Source: Octopus bimaculoides (taxonomy: Eukaryota). From it: a stretch of DNA of 32,203 nt. The position numbers and the translations under genes are program-made. The notes below the pieces were generated by a model. That model ran no database searches. It was given only the letters and a program-made list of their open reading frames with translations, and was not told the origin of the DNA. Where the stretch lies: assembly GCF_001194135.2 (NCBI RefSeq), contig NC_069005.1, forward strand, positions 24,508,859-24,541,061, read 5' to 3'. This document shows, piece after piece, positions 1 through 12,405 of this stretch (positions within the stretch are counted from its first letter, which is position 1; every line of letters starts with the position of its first letter).

Positions 1-4
1 ATAT

Positions 5-590
5 CATAAATCTTCGAGTATAATCCGCATTTTTTTCACAAATTTTAAAGGTCCAAATCCCTAGTGCGTACTATATACGAGGTTAAAAATGAAAAATATT
101 TTCTAAGCAATGTCCGAGTCTCTATTTGCTGTCCGGCAATGTTTATTCAAACACATTTTGTGATGTCGGGCGCGAAAATACCTTAAGCTAAGCCTGAAAG
201 CAATGAAGTCATAAAAGAATAATCCATTACTTGTAGTAAGCAACATTTATGAAAATAGAAGTATTTAGAACACAGAATAACATGTAACGAGAACAATTTG
301 CAAACATATTTGCATTCCCATATAACAGTTAAGAACATCACCATAAGTGTATAGTGATAAATATAGTGATAAATATGTAAAGGCAATTTACTTAATATTT
401 ATTTTTCACTGACGTTATTACTGTTATTTCTTTATTTTCTGCAAGCAAAGTGCACAAAAAAGCTACACGTTTACATTATGTTATATATACAATAATAATA
501 AAGGACGTTACCGTATATATGTTTACAAACGAAGGACGTTATATAGACCTCCTTGACTCAAGTTAGAGAAGGGGTGCGTATTATACACAA
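5..590. mobile_element. Possible decayed Tc1/pogo-type non-autonomous DNA transposon remnant
   Basis: cataaatcttcgagtataatccgca near position 5 resembles pogo/Tigger-type ends. A related sub-terminal motif occurs twice (gtgcgtactatatacgaggt ~64; gtgcgtattatacacaaggt ~574). No matching second TIR was found. Confidence 0.25.
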
Positions 591-1140
591 GGTGGGGTCG
601 ACGCAATCTACAATCCACCTACTCCAAAATTTCGAGTCTTGTACCTATATTAGAAAGGAACAATTTTTTGAAAATGTTATATTTGAAGCAACCTTAACAT
701 TCCATTATTGTAGTCTCGACTTCGTATCTTACTTATTTTACAACGCATTCCCTTCATTAACACAAACAGAGAATTATGAAAAGCTTAGCTACAAAACTTA
801 AACTGATTAATTGGATGTACACTTGACCGAAGCATATACTACACGCAAGACACACACATATATATAGTTTTTAAAGGTGGAACTCTAAATAGATAAAGTT
901 ATATATAATAACGTATAATTGCGTAAAAAGAAAATTGGGTAGAAAAATCGAAGGCTATGTTTACAAAATGTTGCTTCGAATCCTGTAAACATAAGCCAAG
1001 TTACCACATGCTTTCAATTATAGCTTTATCTACTTCGAGTTTCACTATTAAAAACGATTTATTTCATGTCTCCCGAAGTTCCTAAACTTTTATGACGTGA
1101 GCAATACACACACACACACACACGCATGCACATATATATA

Positions 1141-1177
<37 letters not shown>

Positions 1178-1222
1178 GCGTGTGCGTGTATGTGTGTATG
1201 CGTGTGTGTGTGTATGTATACA

Positions 1223-1276
1223 CAGGGTGTCCGAAATTAAGGCAACCGAAGTTTCAAGCTTTTGCTTCAGACTAAA
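1223..1276 (+). mobile_element. Probable Tc1/mariner terminal inverted repeat running into a gap
   Basis: CAGGGTGTCCGAAATTAAGG matches the CAGGGTGTCC-type Tc1 end. It follows a TG microsatellite and is cut off by Ns. Confidence 0.4.
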
Positions 1277-1671
1277 NNNNNNNNNNNNNNNNNNNNNNNN
1301 NNNNNNNNNNNNNNNNNNNNNNNNNNNNNNNNNNNNNNNNNNNNNNNNNNNNNNNNNNNNNNNNNNNNNNNNNNNNNNNNNNNNNNNNNNNNNNNNNNNN
1401 NNNNNNNNNNNNNNNNNNNNNNNNNNNNNNNNNNNNNNNNNNNNNNNNNNNNNNNNNNNNNNNNNNNNNNNNNNNNNNNNNNNNNNNNNNNNNNNNNNNN
1501 NNNNNNNNNNNNNNNNNNNNNNNNNNNNNNNNNNNNNNNNNNNNNNNNNNNNNNNNNNNNNNNNNNNNNNNNNNNNNNNNNNNNNNNNNNNNNNNNNNNN
1601 NNNNNNNNNNNNNNNNNNNNNNNNNNNNNNNNNNNNNNNNNNNNNNNNNNNNNNNNNNNNNNNNNNNNNNN

Positions 1672-1744
<73 letters not shown>

Positions 1745-2457
1745 TATATATATATATATATATATGTCGCATCCAATTCTAAATCAAAGCGCTGTTTTTG
1801 TTCATGACCCCACCCCACCAATTCGCAGCTAAAGATTCTTTAGATGTAATTATGTGTGCATTTAAGAAGAGTACCAATAAAAAGGCCGATGGATAGGGTG
1901 GGAAGAATTCATGAGGAACAGGAAGGGCTGATAATTATCCCAAATAATTTTGTGAAAATATTGATACGCAACATGCATTATGAATTATTGAATTATAATG
2001 TGGTTAGAAAGAGCTTCACACACACAAATATGCATGTGTGTATATGTATGACTATGTTTGCATATATGCATGTATATCTGTCTAGGTGCGTGAAAGTATA
2101 TTGCATATGTATGTGTTCATGCGTGAGCATATATATCCATCTTTCACCACACTTTGAATGCAATAGGAAAATCATTTGCTATCGCAGAATACCCCAAATC
2201 ACAAAACACCGACAGACAGCTTATGGAAACTGATAAAATATTCATAACTAAAATAAGAGCTGGAATGTTGACAACGGTGCAACGATAGTTCTTACTTCCG
2301 GAGACGGTTTGGTGCTGAAATATTAATGGTGAACAGAAATGGATAGGAGACGTGAATTATTGTATCTATGTCAATTTGAAATCCGTATGTACACATATAA
2401 AGTGTTTGTGTGTGTACATAATTGAATTTGTCTGATTATATATATATATATATATAT

Positions 2458-2499
<42 letters not shown>

Positions 2500-2924
2500 N
2501 NNNNNNNNNNNNNNNNNNNNNNNNNNNNNNNNNNNNNNNNNNNNNNNNNNNNNNNNNNNNNNNNNNNNNNNNNNNNNNNNNNNNNNNNNNNNNNNNNNNN
2601 NNNNNNNNNNNNNNNNNNNNNNNNNNNNNNNNNNNNNNNNNNNNNNNNNNNNNNNNNNNNNNNNNNNNNNNNNNNNNNNNNNNNNNNNNNNNNNNNNNNN
2701 NNNNNNNNNNNNNNNNNNNNNNNNNNNNNNNNNNNNNNNNNNNNNNNNCACCTTAAGTGCATAGACGAGATGTCGTATAATCATTATTTTACACCCAGGG
2801 TGTAACATGCACCTCCTCGGGTGATTGTTTTTATATCCTAAAATTACTTCCTTTGGTTATGCTCTCCCAGGAATATTTATGGCAGTGATCTTTCCATGGC
2901 CCCTTGCGTTGTAGCCAGTTAATA

Positions 2925-3190
2925 TTCTTCCTTCTTCGTCGCAGCCTCCGTCTCACTTGAGTATAAGAGCGCTGATAGGCCGGTGCTATTAAAGGGATTT
3001 GTCCAGCACATAGGGCCTTGTGCAGCTTTGCTTTGAGCACATCCTTAATTGAGGCAAACCCCTCCATCCTGCCACCTTTTTCCTTCGCGATTTCAGCATC
3101 CCTGTCTCTGCGCATATTTACTGTCTGCTCCAAATGGACGTATTCATTTACCGTCTCGATTTCATCGATTCCCACCTCAACTGGGCATTG
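2925..3190 (-). pseudogene. RTE-clade LINE post-RT / 3' end fragment, opposite orientation to the adjacent RT piece
   Basis: Reads VGIDEIETVNEYVHLEQTVNMRRDRDAEIAK...FASIKDVLKAKL, the RTE 'IE.V.EY.YLGQ' region. It ends in ggctg plus a (GAA)-like tail near 2925-2940. Confidence 0.75.
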
Positions 3191-3685
3191 GAAGCACATG
3201 ATTTTTATGCAAGAACTGCAGTACGATGGATCATATATTCGCTCTAACATAAAGTATAGAATGACCTGAAGAATACAAGCGGCCTGTGTGCATCGCTTTT
3301 ATCGACTCCGAAAAGACTTTCTATAGCATCGAGACAGAGGCAGTTCTGATATGTCTGGAAATGCAAGGAGTCAATGTGCAATACACCAAACTGTTCAAAG
3401 ATGCAAACTCTGGGTGTACCATTAATATAGCTTTGCTATCGCCACTAGTAAGGGTTCCAATATGGAAAAGCATCAAATAAGAAGATGCCATTCCTCCAAA
3501 GCTCTTCATCACATGACTAGAAATGGTCATCAGAGAAATTGACTGAGGTGGCTTGAACATCAACAGCAAGCTACTCACACCCTATCGATACACAGACAAT
3601 ATCGTACTCATCGCCGAGGCCACAGATCAACAGCAGGCGTTCTGACTGTGCTGGACATCCACAACTCAGCAAGGCATAAGTCTGT
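3191..3685 (+). pseudogene. RTE-clade LINE reverse transcriptase fragment (subdomains ~2-5), degraded
   Basis: Reads CSTMDHIFALT*SIE*PEEYKRPVCIAFIDSEKTFYSIE...KSIK*EDAIPPKLFIT*LEMVIREID*GGLNIN...YRYTDNIVLIAE. These correspond to the STxDHI, FIDxEKAFDS, QGD.ISPKLF and FADDIVL motifs. Confidence 0.85.
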
Positions 3686-4160
3686 CTTTTGTTGATAAAG
3701 AGGATTAATTCATTAATAAAGATAGTCAACTTAACCCTTAAGTATTTAACCGTGATGATGACAGTTATATTTTTCTCATAACAATTCACCAAATTTAATA
3801 TTTATCCCCACTTAAACGTGGATGTTCGGTTAGAACAAACTATTCTGCGATAAATACCTTGCGAGGGATTCTTATATTGGAATTTGGTGCAAAATTCACT
3901 CTTATTTATATCGCTTCTTGTTTATACGCACTCTTGTTTATATCTCCAGCGCCGAGAAAACCTGATCTCGTGATTTCGAACTTTATTGGTCACGTAAATG
4001 ATGGACGCTCGACCGCTAGAGATAGTAGCGACTTACCTCCCCGCCAGTGATATACAGAAAATCAATGCCAATTGTATCACGATAAGACAGTGTTGCTAAT
4101 ATATAATTCACCAGATATTTTCCAACAAAAATGGGAACATCTGTTTGAAAGTGTTCGTTA

Positions 4161-4408
4161 ACTCTTTTACTCTTTTACTTGTTTCAGTCATTTGACTGCG
4201 GCCATGCTGGAGCACCGCCTTTTAGTCGAGCAAATCGACCCCAGGACTTATTCTTTGGAAGCCTAGTACTTATTCTATCGGTCTCTTTTGCCGAACCGCT
4301 ACGTTACGGGGTCGTAAACACACCAGCATCGGTTGTCAAGCGATGTTGGGGGGGGGGGACAAACACAGACACACAGACACACAAACATATACACACACAT
4401 ACATATAT

Positions 4409-4445
<37 letters not shown>

Positions 4446-4618
4446 GTATATATATATACGACGGGCTTCTTTCAGTTTCTGTCTACCAAATCCACTCACA
4501 AGGCTTTGGTCAGCCCGAGGCTATAGTAGAAGACACTTACCCAATGTGACACGCAGTGGTAATGAACCCGGAACCATGTGGTCGGTAAGCTAGCTACTTA
4601 CCACACAGCCACTCCTGC
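4161..4618 (-). mobile_element. tRNA-derived SINE family A (octopus-type), full length with internal CA/TA microsatellite
   Basis: The head has A/B-box-like TGGCTGTGTGGT...GGGTTCA. The body is shared with copies at 9545, 13607, 17088 and 30046, and it has an (AAAGAGT)-type tail. Confidence 0.9.
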
Positions 4619-5269
4619 TCTGATGTTAGTTTTACTAACGGTTCTTCGGAGGCTAAATCGGGGACATTTATTACACGCGAGATAATGCGATACGTCTTGT
4701 CCCAAATACACGTCAGCGTTATTGACAGCATAGTTGGTCAGTATGGATTGTGCTCCACGTATTTCCCATAAAACACGTCCACAATGCTGGTAGAGCAATT
4801 GGTCTGAGTGATTACATTAATGTCGTGTGAGGTCTAATTCCCACACTAGACAAATCCCATCTTCAGAACTAAATATTCAACAGCTATTGCCTTGTCTTTC
4901 TACATGTACAGAGAACCAATATTGCTATTGGCATTTTCACTATATTAAGCCTCACCAGTTGCTACGCCAATGATGGAAGCAGTTCTACTATAGTTATTAT
5001 AGCCTTTATATTAGTGATTTATCTGAGATACTAACAAAAATAGGTCTACGAATAATTCATAAGGCAGTTTCGGAGCTATAGGAGAAGAAGGAAAGTATGT
5101 ATAATTGTGGGTTTTTAAATGATGACCTGGTGTTACATATTTCCTAATGCAATTGTTATTCTTCTTACATATGAATACATTACGCACACAGGCGCACGTG
5201 CGCACATACATACACGCACGTAGGACTGTGCACAGACACAGACACACACAAGCACATACGTATACATTG

Positions 5270-6265
5270 CAAATACCTGTTGTTATTAATTTTTGTATAC
5301 ACATTAGCAATCTGCTAAATCATCCATAAATTTTTCTGGTAAATACATATATTCTGATGGCTGAAGTAGGCCGGAATCTGCCGAACGAGCTGGCCTTACT
5401 GACGGTGGTTACAGAAATAGCCGTAAGTGACCAGCCAGTCTAAGGAATTCTCGGCTCGGTGTTCCGGGCGATTGCAGCCCCTGTCAGAATATATGTTATG
5501 TGCTTTATAACAGCACTGGAGCGTTTTAGCTCTTATTTTTAGCAATTTAGGTGTCTTGACACCCTTAGTCACGTTTAGTTGACAACTATAATTCTCCTTT
5601 GCGGTATAACATTGCATATAGCTGTTTTACCATTTTTTATGTTGGATATGATAATGGAGAAACCAATTTTCGTCACTTCTGATGATTCTGTTCAACAAAG
5701 ATTAGATAGTAAGTTTACTTTTCAACGCAGCAATTTTTTGAGTGAACTGAGAAGTTAGATGATAAGGCTCCCATTGCCCAAATTTAGACACTTTTCCATG
5801 TTCAAAGTGTTTTAATAATCGGAGCGTGACTCGACTTGAATTGTTTTGCTATTTCTCGTGCGTTTTGTCTTGGATTTTACTCAACTACAGTTTTCAGAAA
5901 TTCAATACTGACCGAACTCGGTCGTCCAGATCAAGTGGGATTTGCGAGGGAGGGAAATTACCCGAGTGAAACTGGTCAAACCATTGTGAGCATACCTGGA
6001 TGCTTAAAGCTTCGTTTCCATACAGTACGAATATTTCTCGCTGCTTCCATTGCTGAAAAGCCCCTTTTGAATTCGTAGTGCATGCAGTGTGTGATAAGGG
6101 TCTGATCTAAACACATTTTAAAAGGGTAAAGTCAATGCAAATTTGACCACTATAGTATAAAGTAATCTGCAATGTAAAAATTAATGTTTATTCTACTCCA
6201 AATATTGAAAAAGTACCGTCAATATGGTTGTCAAAAATGTGTCAGGACTTTATGGCAACCTAATA
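5270..6265 (-). mobile_element. Decayed mariner transposon with transposase pseudogene and one TIR
   Basis: TIR TATTAGGTTGCCATAAAGTCCTGAC (reverse complement of 6241-6265). Frameshifted peptides: MCLDQTLITHCMHYEFKRGFSAMEAARNIRTV, CSQWFDQFHSGNF, GKVSKFGQWEPYHL (WVPHEL motif), LLNRIIRSDENWF (VTGDEKW motif), YSCQL. The second TIR was not found. Confidence 0.85.
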
Positions 6266-8324
6266 CGTAAGTATATAAGCGTGTGTACGAATGCTGTGTG
6301 CAAAGCGAATTGGCAGATTCCCAAAGTTATTTATGCTTGTGTTTACGGGTAGATTTATGAGTAATCATGGTATCAGAACTAATTATGTAGTGTCATAAAC
6401 TATGAATACAATATTACGAATCTCTAGAAAAAAAACACGACATACTTTCTAATCATAAATTATGAAAGAGCCATAAGCCTAAGTAAATTAAAATAAAAAT
6501 AAAAGCAGACATCTGAAAATATAATAAATGTATATTGGAAGGCTGAAAACTGTAGATTAAATATTTTTTAAGTAAAAAATTCGTGAAGCTATGTAACACA
6601 ACCCCCCCCCCACACACACACACACACACATACTGCATATATATTACTATACAGCACGAAATTCAGTGAAAAATCTATGATTTATTGTACTCTATCAAAA
6701 ACAAAAATGAGACAGCTGCGCCTATAAAAACTATCATTTGAATTATTTCGTCCACCAATTTCAGTGCCAGAAATGCTAGTAGCTACGAAAAATATTTGCC
6801 ACTGCAATTTGAACGTTCCTCTTTCTATATGATAGTTGTTTAGTAATACTAATTTAGCTTTTCTTGTCAAATGCATAAATATTTATGACGGAGTCAATTT
6901 CTAAATCCATAATTTTCAGACATATTTAAAATGCGAAACCTTGAGGTTATAAAACAACCGTTACACATTATGTAGGAACTTCGGATAGAAAATGCGACTA
7001 GACTCCATGTACCAGCATTTAACCAAACTGCTATAATCTAATATTCAACTCATTGCATAAACACATGTTTAGAGAATATTTTAACATACAAACTAAACGG
7101 AAACCACTCTACGTCGCTTAGAATTGAGTAATGTTAAAATTTGAACATCAAAGTATTAGTTTGGGATAGCCATGCTTTTTCATGAAATATTCTATGAAAA
7201 TGTGGCTGTTCCTCTCACAAACAGCTTACAATTTATCTAAATGTGGCCATACCATCCAACTGTTAAATAGAATGCAATAACCACTAGCACAGAAATGATC
7301 AGTTTCTTCTCGTTCCATCTAACCAGCTTTTTATCCCCTTCTTCAGCCAAACAAATCTGATATACTTACCGTATCCCTCTTCTTCATTTGGGCTTTTTTT
7401 CTTAAACCCTTCCTTAATCCTCGCACTAAATGTTCTGGAATGGCCATCCTTAAATATTTCTCCATTCGCATAAGGTGCATTGAGCTAAGAGCTAATCAAT
7501 GGCCTTTAAAGTTCCTGTGTATATAACGGTTACTGTTCTGTTTTGCCTGGACTAAATGTCTGAAAATTAACTGTACCAAACTAGGAACTGAAATCCACTG
7601 TGAATTAACTAGACTCTATGCACTAGCAATTAACTAAGCTGCTATAATCTAATACTCAACCCCCAAAAATAAGATTGGTGGGGATATGTGCAAGGTCACG
7701 TTTAGAGGAAGGATATTGTCAGTTGCATTGACACAATACATGGCTGATGTATCATCGATGTCGTGAGTATAAATGACAAAGAAAAACTGAAGCCTGGTTG
7801 CATTTTATCTGAGAACATAAGACGCCCAGAACGCCAAGAGTTAATACTCTAAGTTATGTAGTACGATGATCTCATCTTTTCAATCAGTTATTCGCTATAA
7901 ATTTATTTAAGAATGACAACCAAGTAGATAGGTCGATAGTGAAAGAAGCGATAAGTTAAATTAATCAAAGGCTAAACTTAATGTCGTTGGATAACTTAGA
8001 TAAGATTTTAAGATAAATTAAATTTTTTAACACTTTTATCGCGTTCCAACAATACTAACTTTGAAGGTCAATGAGGAAGTAACAGAAGCTAAGTTCCATA
8101 AAATGAAAACGACAGAGAGAGACGGGGTGAGAGACGGAGTGAGAGGGAGAGAGAGAGAGAATTCAATAAAATTGTCGGCCATTTTTCCCTTGTGGCTGTA
8201 GAAAATGATTTTTATAAACAGAATTTCAGAGTGGCAAATAATTAACATAACCGTGTTTGGAGAACATGAAGCTGATGCCTTTGAATAGGAAATAGATAGA
8301 CGGGATGTTGGCAAATGAGGGGTG

Positions 8325-8790
8325 GGACAATAAAAGAAATCAAAATGAACATCAAACTACAATATAAAAAAAGAATTAAAAAAATAAAATACAGAATCGA
8401 ATTTATAAAATTGAATACAATAAATATAAACAGTATTAAGATGGAAAAAGAAGGAAGCTATAAACATAAAATAATGAATCTGAACGAATGTTAACAAAGG
8501 AGTGAAATTTAAAGCTATTCGGCTTTCGTTGGAGTCAGTTACTTGCTGAAGTGGTTTGGGAAAACACAATCAACAGAGTAATCGATCATGGTTTATTGTA
8601 ATGAAAAGCAGCGAAATGCCATGAATGGAGCGATTCAGAGAGACTTCAAACGGAATCGGTCAACTGATCGATTTTGGCAGCAAATGTTTTGGTTTTGAAA
8701 ATGTAGGTAGAACCGATGAGAAGTACTTCGACCAGCATGAAGCAATTCTGGATATTGTTAAAGAGGATTGGAAGCAAATAGAGGCCATGT
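8325..8790 (+). mobile_element. Possible very degraded mariner N-terminal fragment
   Basis: A TIR-like tgaggggtgggacaataaa is followed by ERFR...GRTDEKYFDQHEAILDIVKEDWKQ, which resembles the mariner HTH/GRP region. Confidence 0.35.
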
Positions 8791-9034
8791 TTATCTGTTT
8801 GTGTCATGTCCAGATTAAAACGAAGCAAATCATTATATCCGATTTCATTCTACATGCTATTTTCCTTCTCTTCTATCTTTCGTGAAACAAGATATTTGGA
8901 TTAACCACCCACCGCTCAGTGTTATTCATATCACTACAGTTTATTTTCTTAAAATTATTTTTGTGAGTTTTAACCCTTATTAGTTGTACCCTGTTTTTAC
9001 CAAAGATGTCTTTTTCTTTTCGCTGCTTTCGCAG

Positions 9035-9396
9035 ATATCGATGACTCTCTGTCGCTATCCAATTCCATTATTATGAATTGGAATTGGAATCTTCAGTCAT
9101 AGTGGTTCTTTCATTCGCTGATTATGCAACCATGGACACCATCCCTATGGATTCGCTGCAGTTACTCTCTTGAGAGAGTTTGGTTATCCTGGTCTTTGAT
9201 TTTCTAAGATTCCTCCATTCAGCATCAATGTAAGAAGCACCGTTCGCTCAAGTTGAGCTCTTCCGCTACTTCTTCACAATCCACCATGCTGCAGTCCAGT
9301 GACTTCGCCGTATCCCTGGTATGCGGGCCGAACGGGTACCATGCCATGCGAAAGGGCAGCTCGTAACTATGCCGGGCACAGTAGTCACTCCGTGAG
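9035..9396 (+). CDS. Candidate upstream exon (5'UTR plus start codon at 9341) of the Hv-like gene; tentative
   Basis: Polypyrimidine acceptor tttttcttttcgctgctttcgcag| at 9034, in a GC-enriched non-repeat island. ACC-ATG at 9341 reads MPCERAARNYAGHSSHSV+AG, then |GTATTT at 9397. This is phase 2 and matches the phase-2 start of exon 23060. Several upstream ATGs and an alternative donor (CTG|GTATGC, 9319) leave the structure ambiguous. Confidence 0.3.
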
Positions 9397-9544
9397 GTAT
9401 TTACGAATAACCGCATACCCATAAAGATGTCTAACTTTGATTAAAATTCTATCAGACTTCTTTATAATTGTCTTCTGCAGCCTGTTTTGTTGGAGATTTT
9501 CTTATAGAAATTAGATCAGTAGAAATTAGAAACACGGAGTCAAC

Positions 9545-9960
9545 ATAGGAGTGGTGGTAAGTAGCTTGCTTACCAACCACATGGTTCTGGGTTCAGTCCC
9601 ACTGCGTGGCAACTTGGGACAAGTGTCTTCTACTATAGCCTCAGGCCGACCAAAGCCTTGTGAATGGATTTGGTAGACGGAAACTGAAAGAAGCCCGCCG
9701 TATATATGTATATATATATATATGTATGTATGTGTGTGTATATGTTTGTGCGTCTGCGTCTGTGTCTGTGCCCCAACATCGCTTGACAACCGATGCTGAT
9801 GTGTCTACGTCCCTGTAACTTAGCGGTTCGGCAAAAGAGACCGATAGAATAAGTACCAGGCGTACAAAGAATAAGCCCTGGTGTCGATGTGCTCGACTAA
9901 AAGCGGTGCTCCAGCATGGCCGCAGTCAAATGACTGAAACAAGTAAAAGAGTAAAGAGTA
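9545..9960 (+). mobile_element. SINE family A, full length
   Basis: Colinear with the 4161-4618 copy: head, internal TA/TG microsatellite, and a body ending gactgaaacaagtaaaagagtaaagagta. Confidence 0.9.
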
Positions 9961-10630
9961 TATCCAACTATACGAGATATGGCTACAAGAACATTTCACA
10001 TTTAATATAACCCAAGTAACAGAATTTAGGATAGAATTTTATAGCTTCTCCGTTCTGTTCTGGGAATATTTGTATCTAGAACCTGTTATTTCGTCCACTT
10101 AAGATAAACTCTGAATCGACCTAGCCATCAAAACTTAGAGGTTTGATCTTCGACATGTCCAAGGTTTAAATTAATCCCCACTGACACTTACTAGCATGAA
10201 TCATTAAATATCAAGAAGAGTTTATTTAAAGATTAATCATTCCTGGCTAAAACGATATTTTAAGGTAATCAATAAATTACGTTCTATCGCTTTGACAATT
10301 ACTAAAATGAACAAAACACTGCTATACATGATTGCCGCCGATGTTAACAACTTAGTAATAAGTAAAGAAAAAAAAAATGTAAATTCTAAGCATCTTTTTC
10401 CTTATAATCCTTAATTACAAATTCGGATTTCTAATCTCGTTAAATATTATGAAGAAATTATTGTACCCTCTTTTAATAACTGCACCCACAAGGGGAAGCC
10501 ACGTATTTGAAAAACAAAAGAAAATTTGAAGATTTCTTCTTTTTCTTTACGCGTTTTGTTTCGTTATCTTTTTTTTTTTTACATATATATACAGAGATTT
10601 GTATACACACACAAGCACGCACATAGACTT

Positions 10631-10665
<35 letters not shown>

Positions 10666-11309
10666 AACAACCACTCACACATATGTACACACACATACAT
10701 ATATATACAGATATAAAAGTAATACAGCACACGCCCGCGCGCCATTTTTCAAACTAAAGTTACATCATTATCCAATCTTATACATCTGTTAATTGAATCC
10801 ACAAACCGATTACTTTGATAAACAGTTTTATTGTATTCAGATTATAAACTAAATTTTGAATTCCATTTAAATAATCATTCGAATATACGGTGGAACGTAT
10901 ACGATTTCTGAAATTTTAGTTACCAATAATGTGTATGTGTGTGTACATATGCATACGCATTGATAAATGTAATGGGCGCATAGGCGTGTGATTGTGTATA
11001 CATACCTTCCTACCTGCATGCATACATATCCGCAGGAAAAAACAGCTACAGAATTCTTAGAGTATATATATATATTTTTTTAAACTAAATTATAAGATAT
11101 GCTCCGAGGACTCTGGATTTGATTTTACCTTTCTCCTGAGAAAACATACTGCATATGGTTAATACACCCGCAATATAATTTTGTATGTGTGTGTTTGTGT
11201 CCATGATAGATTTACTGGATCACGGACAATATAGGGGCTAAACAGCAGTAACATACATACATACATACATACATACATACGTACATAGTCTTCATATGTT
11301 TTCAAATTG

Positions 11310-11395
11310 TTGTTGTATAGCCCCTGGTCAACCTGAACTGAACAAACTTTTGATCAAAGGTATTTCAGTCAAGATCAGCCTGTATGTAAAGAAGC
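11310..11395 (+). mobile_element. Fragment of a further interspersed repeat; related inverted copy at ~20445-20520
   Basis: ttgtatagcccctggtcaacctgaactgaacaaacttttgatcaaaggtatttc resembles the reverse complement of 20445-20520 (ttgtttaaccctaggtaatgtctgatcggacagacctatgacgaaagcattcc). Confidence 0.45.
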
Positions 11396-11739
11396 CACTA
11401 TCACATAAGTTCAATTCTGGCAGAGACTCACTCGTTGCTTGTGGATCCAAAAATCTATTGGGTTGGATAATTTAAAAGACAACAAAATTTCTGTATTGAA
11501 AAAAACAAATTGGCGCTGCACGGACACAAACACACACACATACGCGCACACACATACATGCATGCATGCATGCACACATACATACATACATACATACATA
11601 CATACGTAAACAGATACAGATTAACAGATATTTCATCACATTTATACTCACGCATGCGCATATACAAGACTGAAAACTGAGATGGATAGAACTGAAAATA
11701 TTAACTTTAACTGTAAAATGCCGTCAATAAAAGTGTGGC

Positions 11740-11925
11740 CTCCACAACACACTACGACACAATAATTCTTTCTACAGTAAGTGCAATGCTTAAAATTTGG
11801 AGAGAGAAGGTCTAAAGTGCTTCACTGGTGTATTTTCATATCGATCCAGGAAGAATAAAAGACAACGTTGACGGGCAAGACATTTTGACCAACGCTCAAG
11901 CAATTTTGCCAATCCACCATATTAC
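11740..11925 (-). mobile_element. Highly degraded SINE family B copy
   Basis: The reverse complement ggtggattggcaaaattgcttgagcgttggtcaaaatg...tcttcctggatcgatatgaaaatacaccagtgaagcac parallels the family B copies at 20553 and 22370. Confidence 0.45.
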
Positions 11926-11987
11926 AATGGCGTGGAGACGTAACACAATGTAGTGGAGACACAGAATAATGAACACTATGCAATGGC

Positions 11988-12405
11988 GACACAACATAGT
12001 GGGTACGGTGGGGACACAACATAATGAACACGGTGGGGATACAACAAAGTGAACACGGTGGGGACACAACATAGTGGACACGGTGGGGACACAACATGGT
12101 GAACACTGTGGGGACACAACATAGTGGACACGGTGGGGACACAACATAGTGGACACGGTGGGGACACAACATAGTGAACACGGTGGGGACACAACATAGT
12201 GGACACGGTGGGAACACAACATAGTGGACACGGTGGGGACACAACATAGTGAACACGGTGGGGATACAACATAGTGAACACGGTGGGAACACAACATAGT
12301 GGACACGGTGGGGACACAACATAGTGAACACGGTGGGGACACAACATAGTGGACACGGTGGGGACACAACATAGTGGACACGGTGGGGACACAACATAGT
12401 GGACA
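11988..12405. repeat. 25-bp minisatellite, ~17 units
   Basis: Unit GACACAACATAGTG(G/A)ACACGGTGGG. The 25-aa periodic ORFs equal three units. It is followed by (TATAA)n at ~12452-12548. Confidence 0.95.

Noticed and set aside
9035-9423. Frame interrupted only by TGA codons, suggesting a selenoprotein or mitochondrial-code insert
   Set aside because: The peptide resembles no selenoprotein or mitochondrial protein I know, and I recognised no SECIS element. It is most likely chance.
11988-12405. Regular repeat array resembling CRISPR
   Set aside because: The units are contiguous with no unique spacers, there are no cas genes, and the context is eukaryotic. It is a minisatellite.
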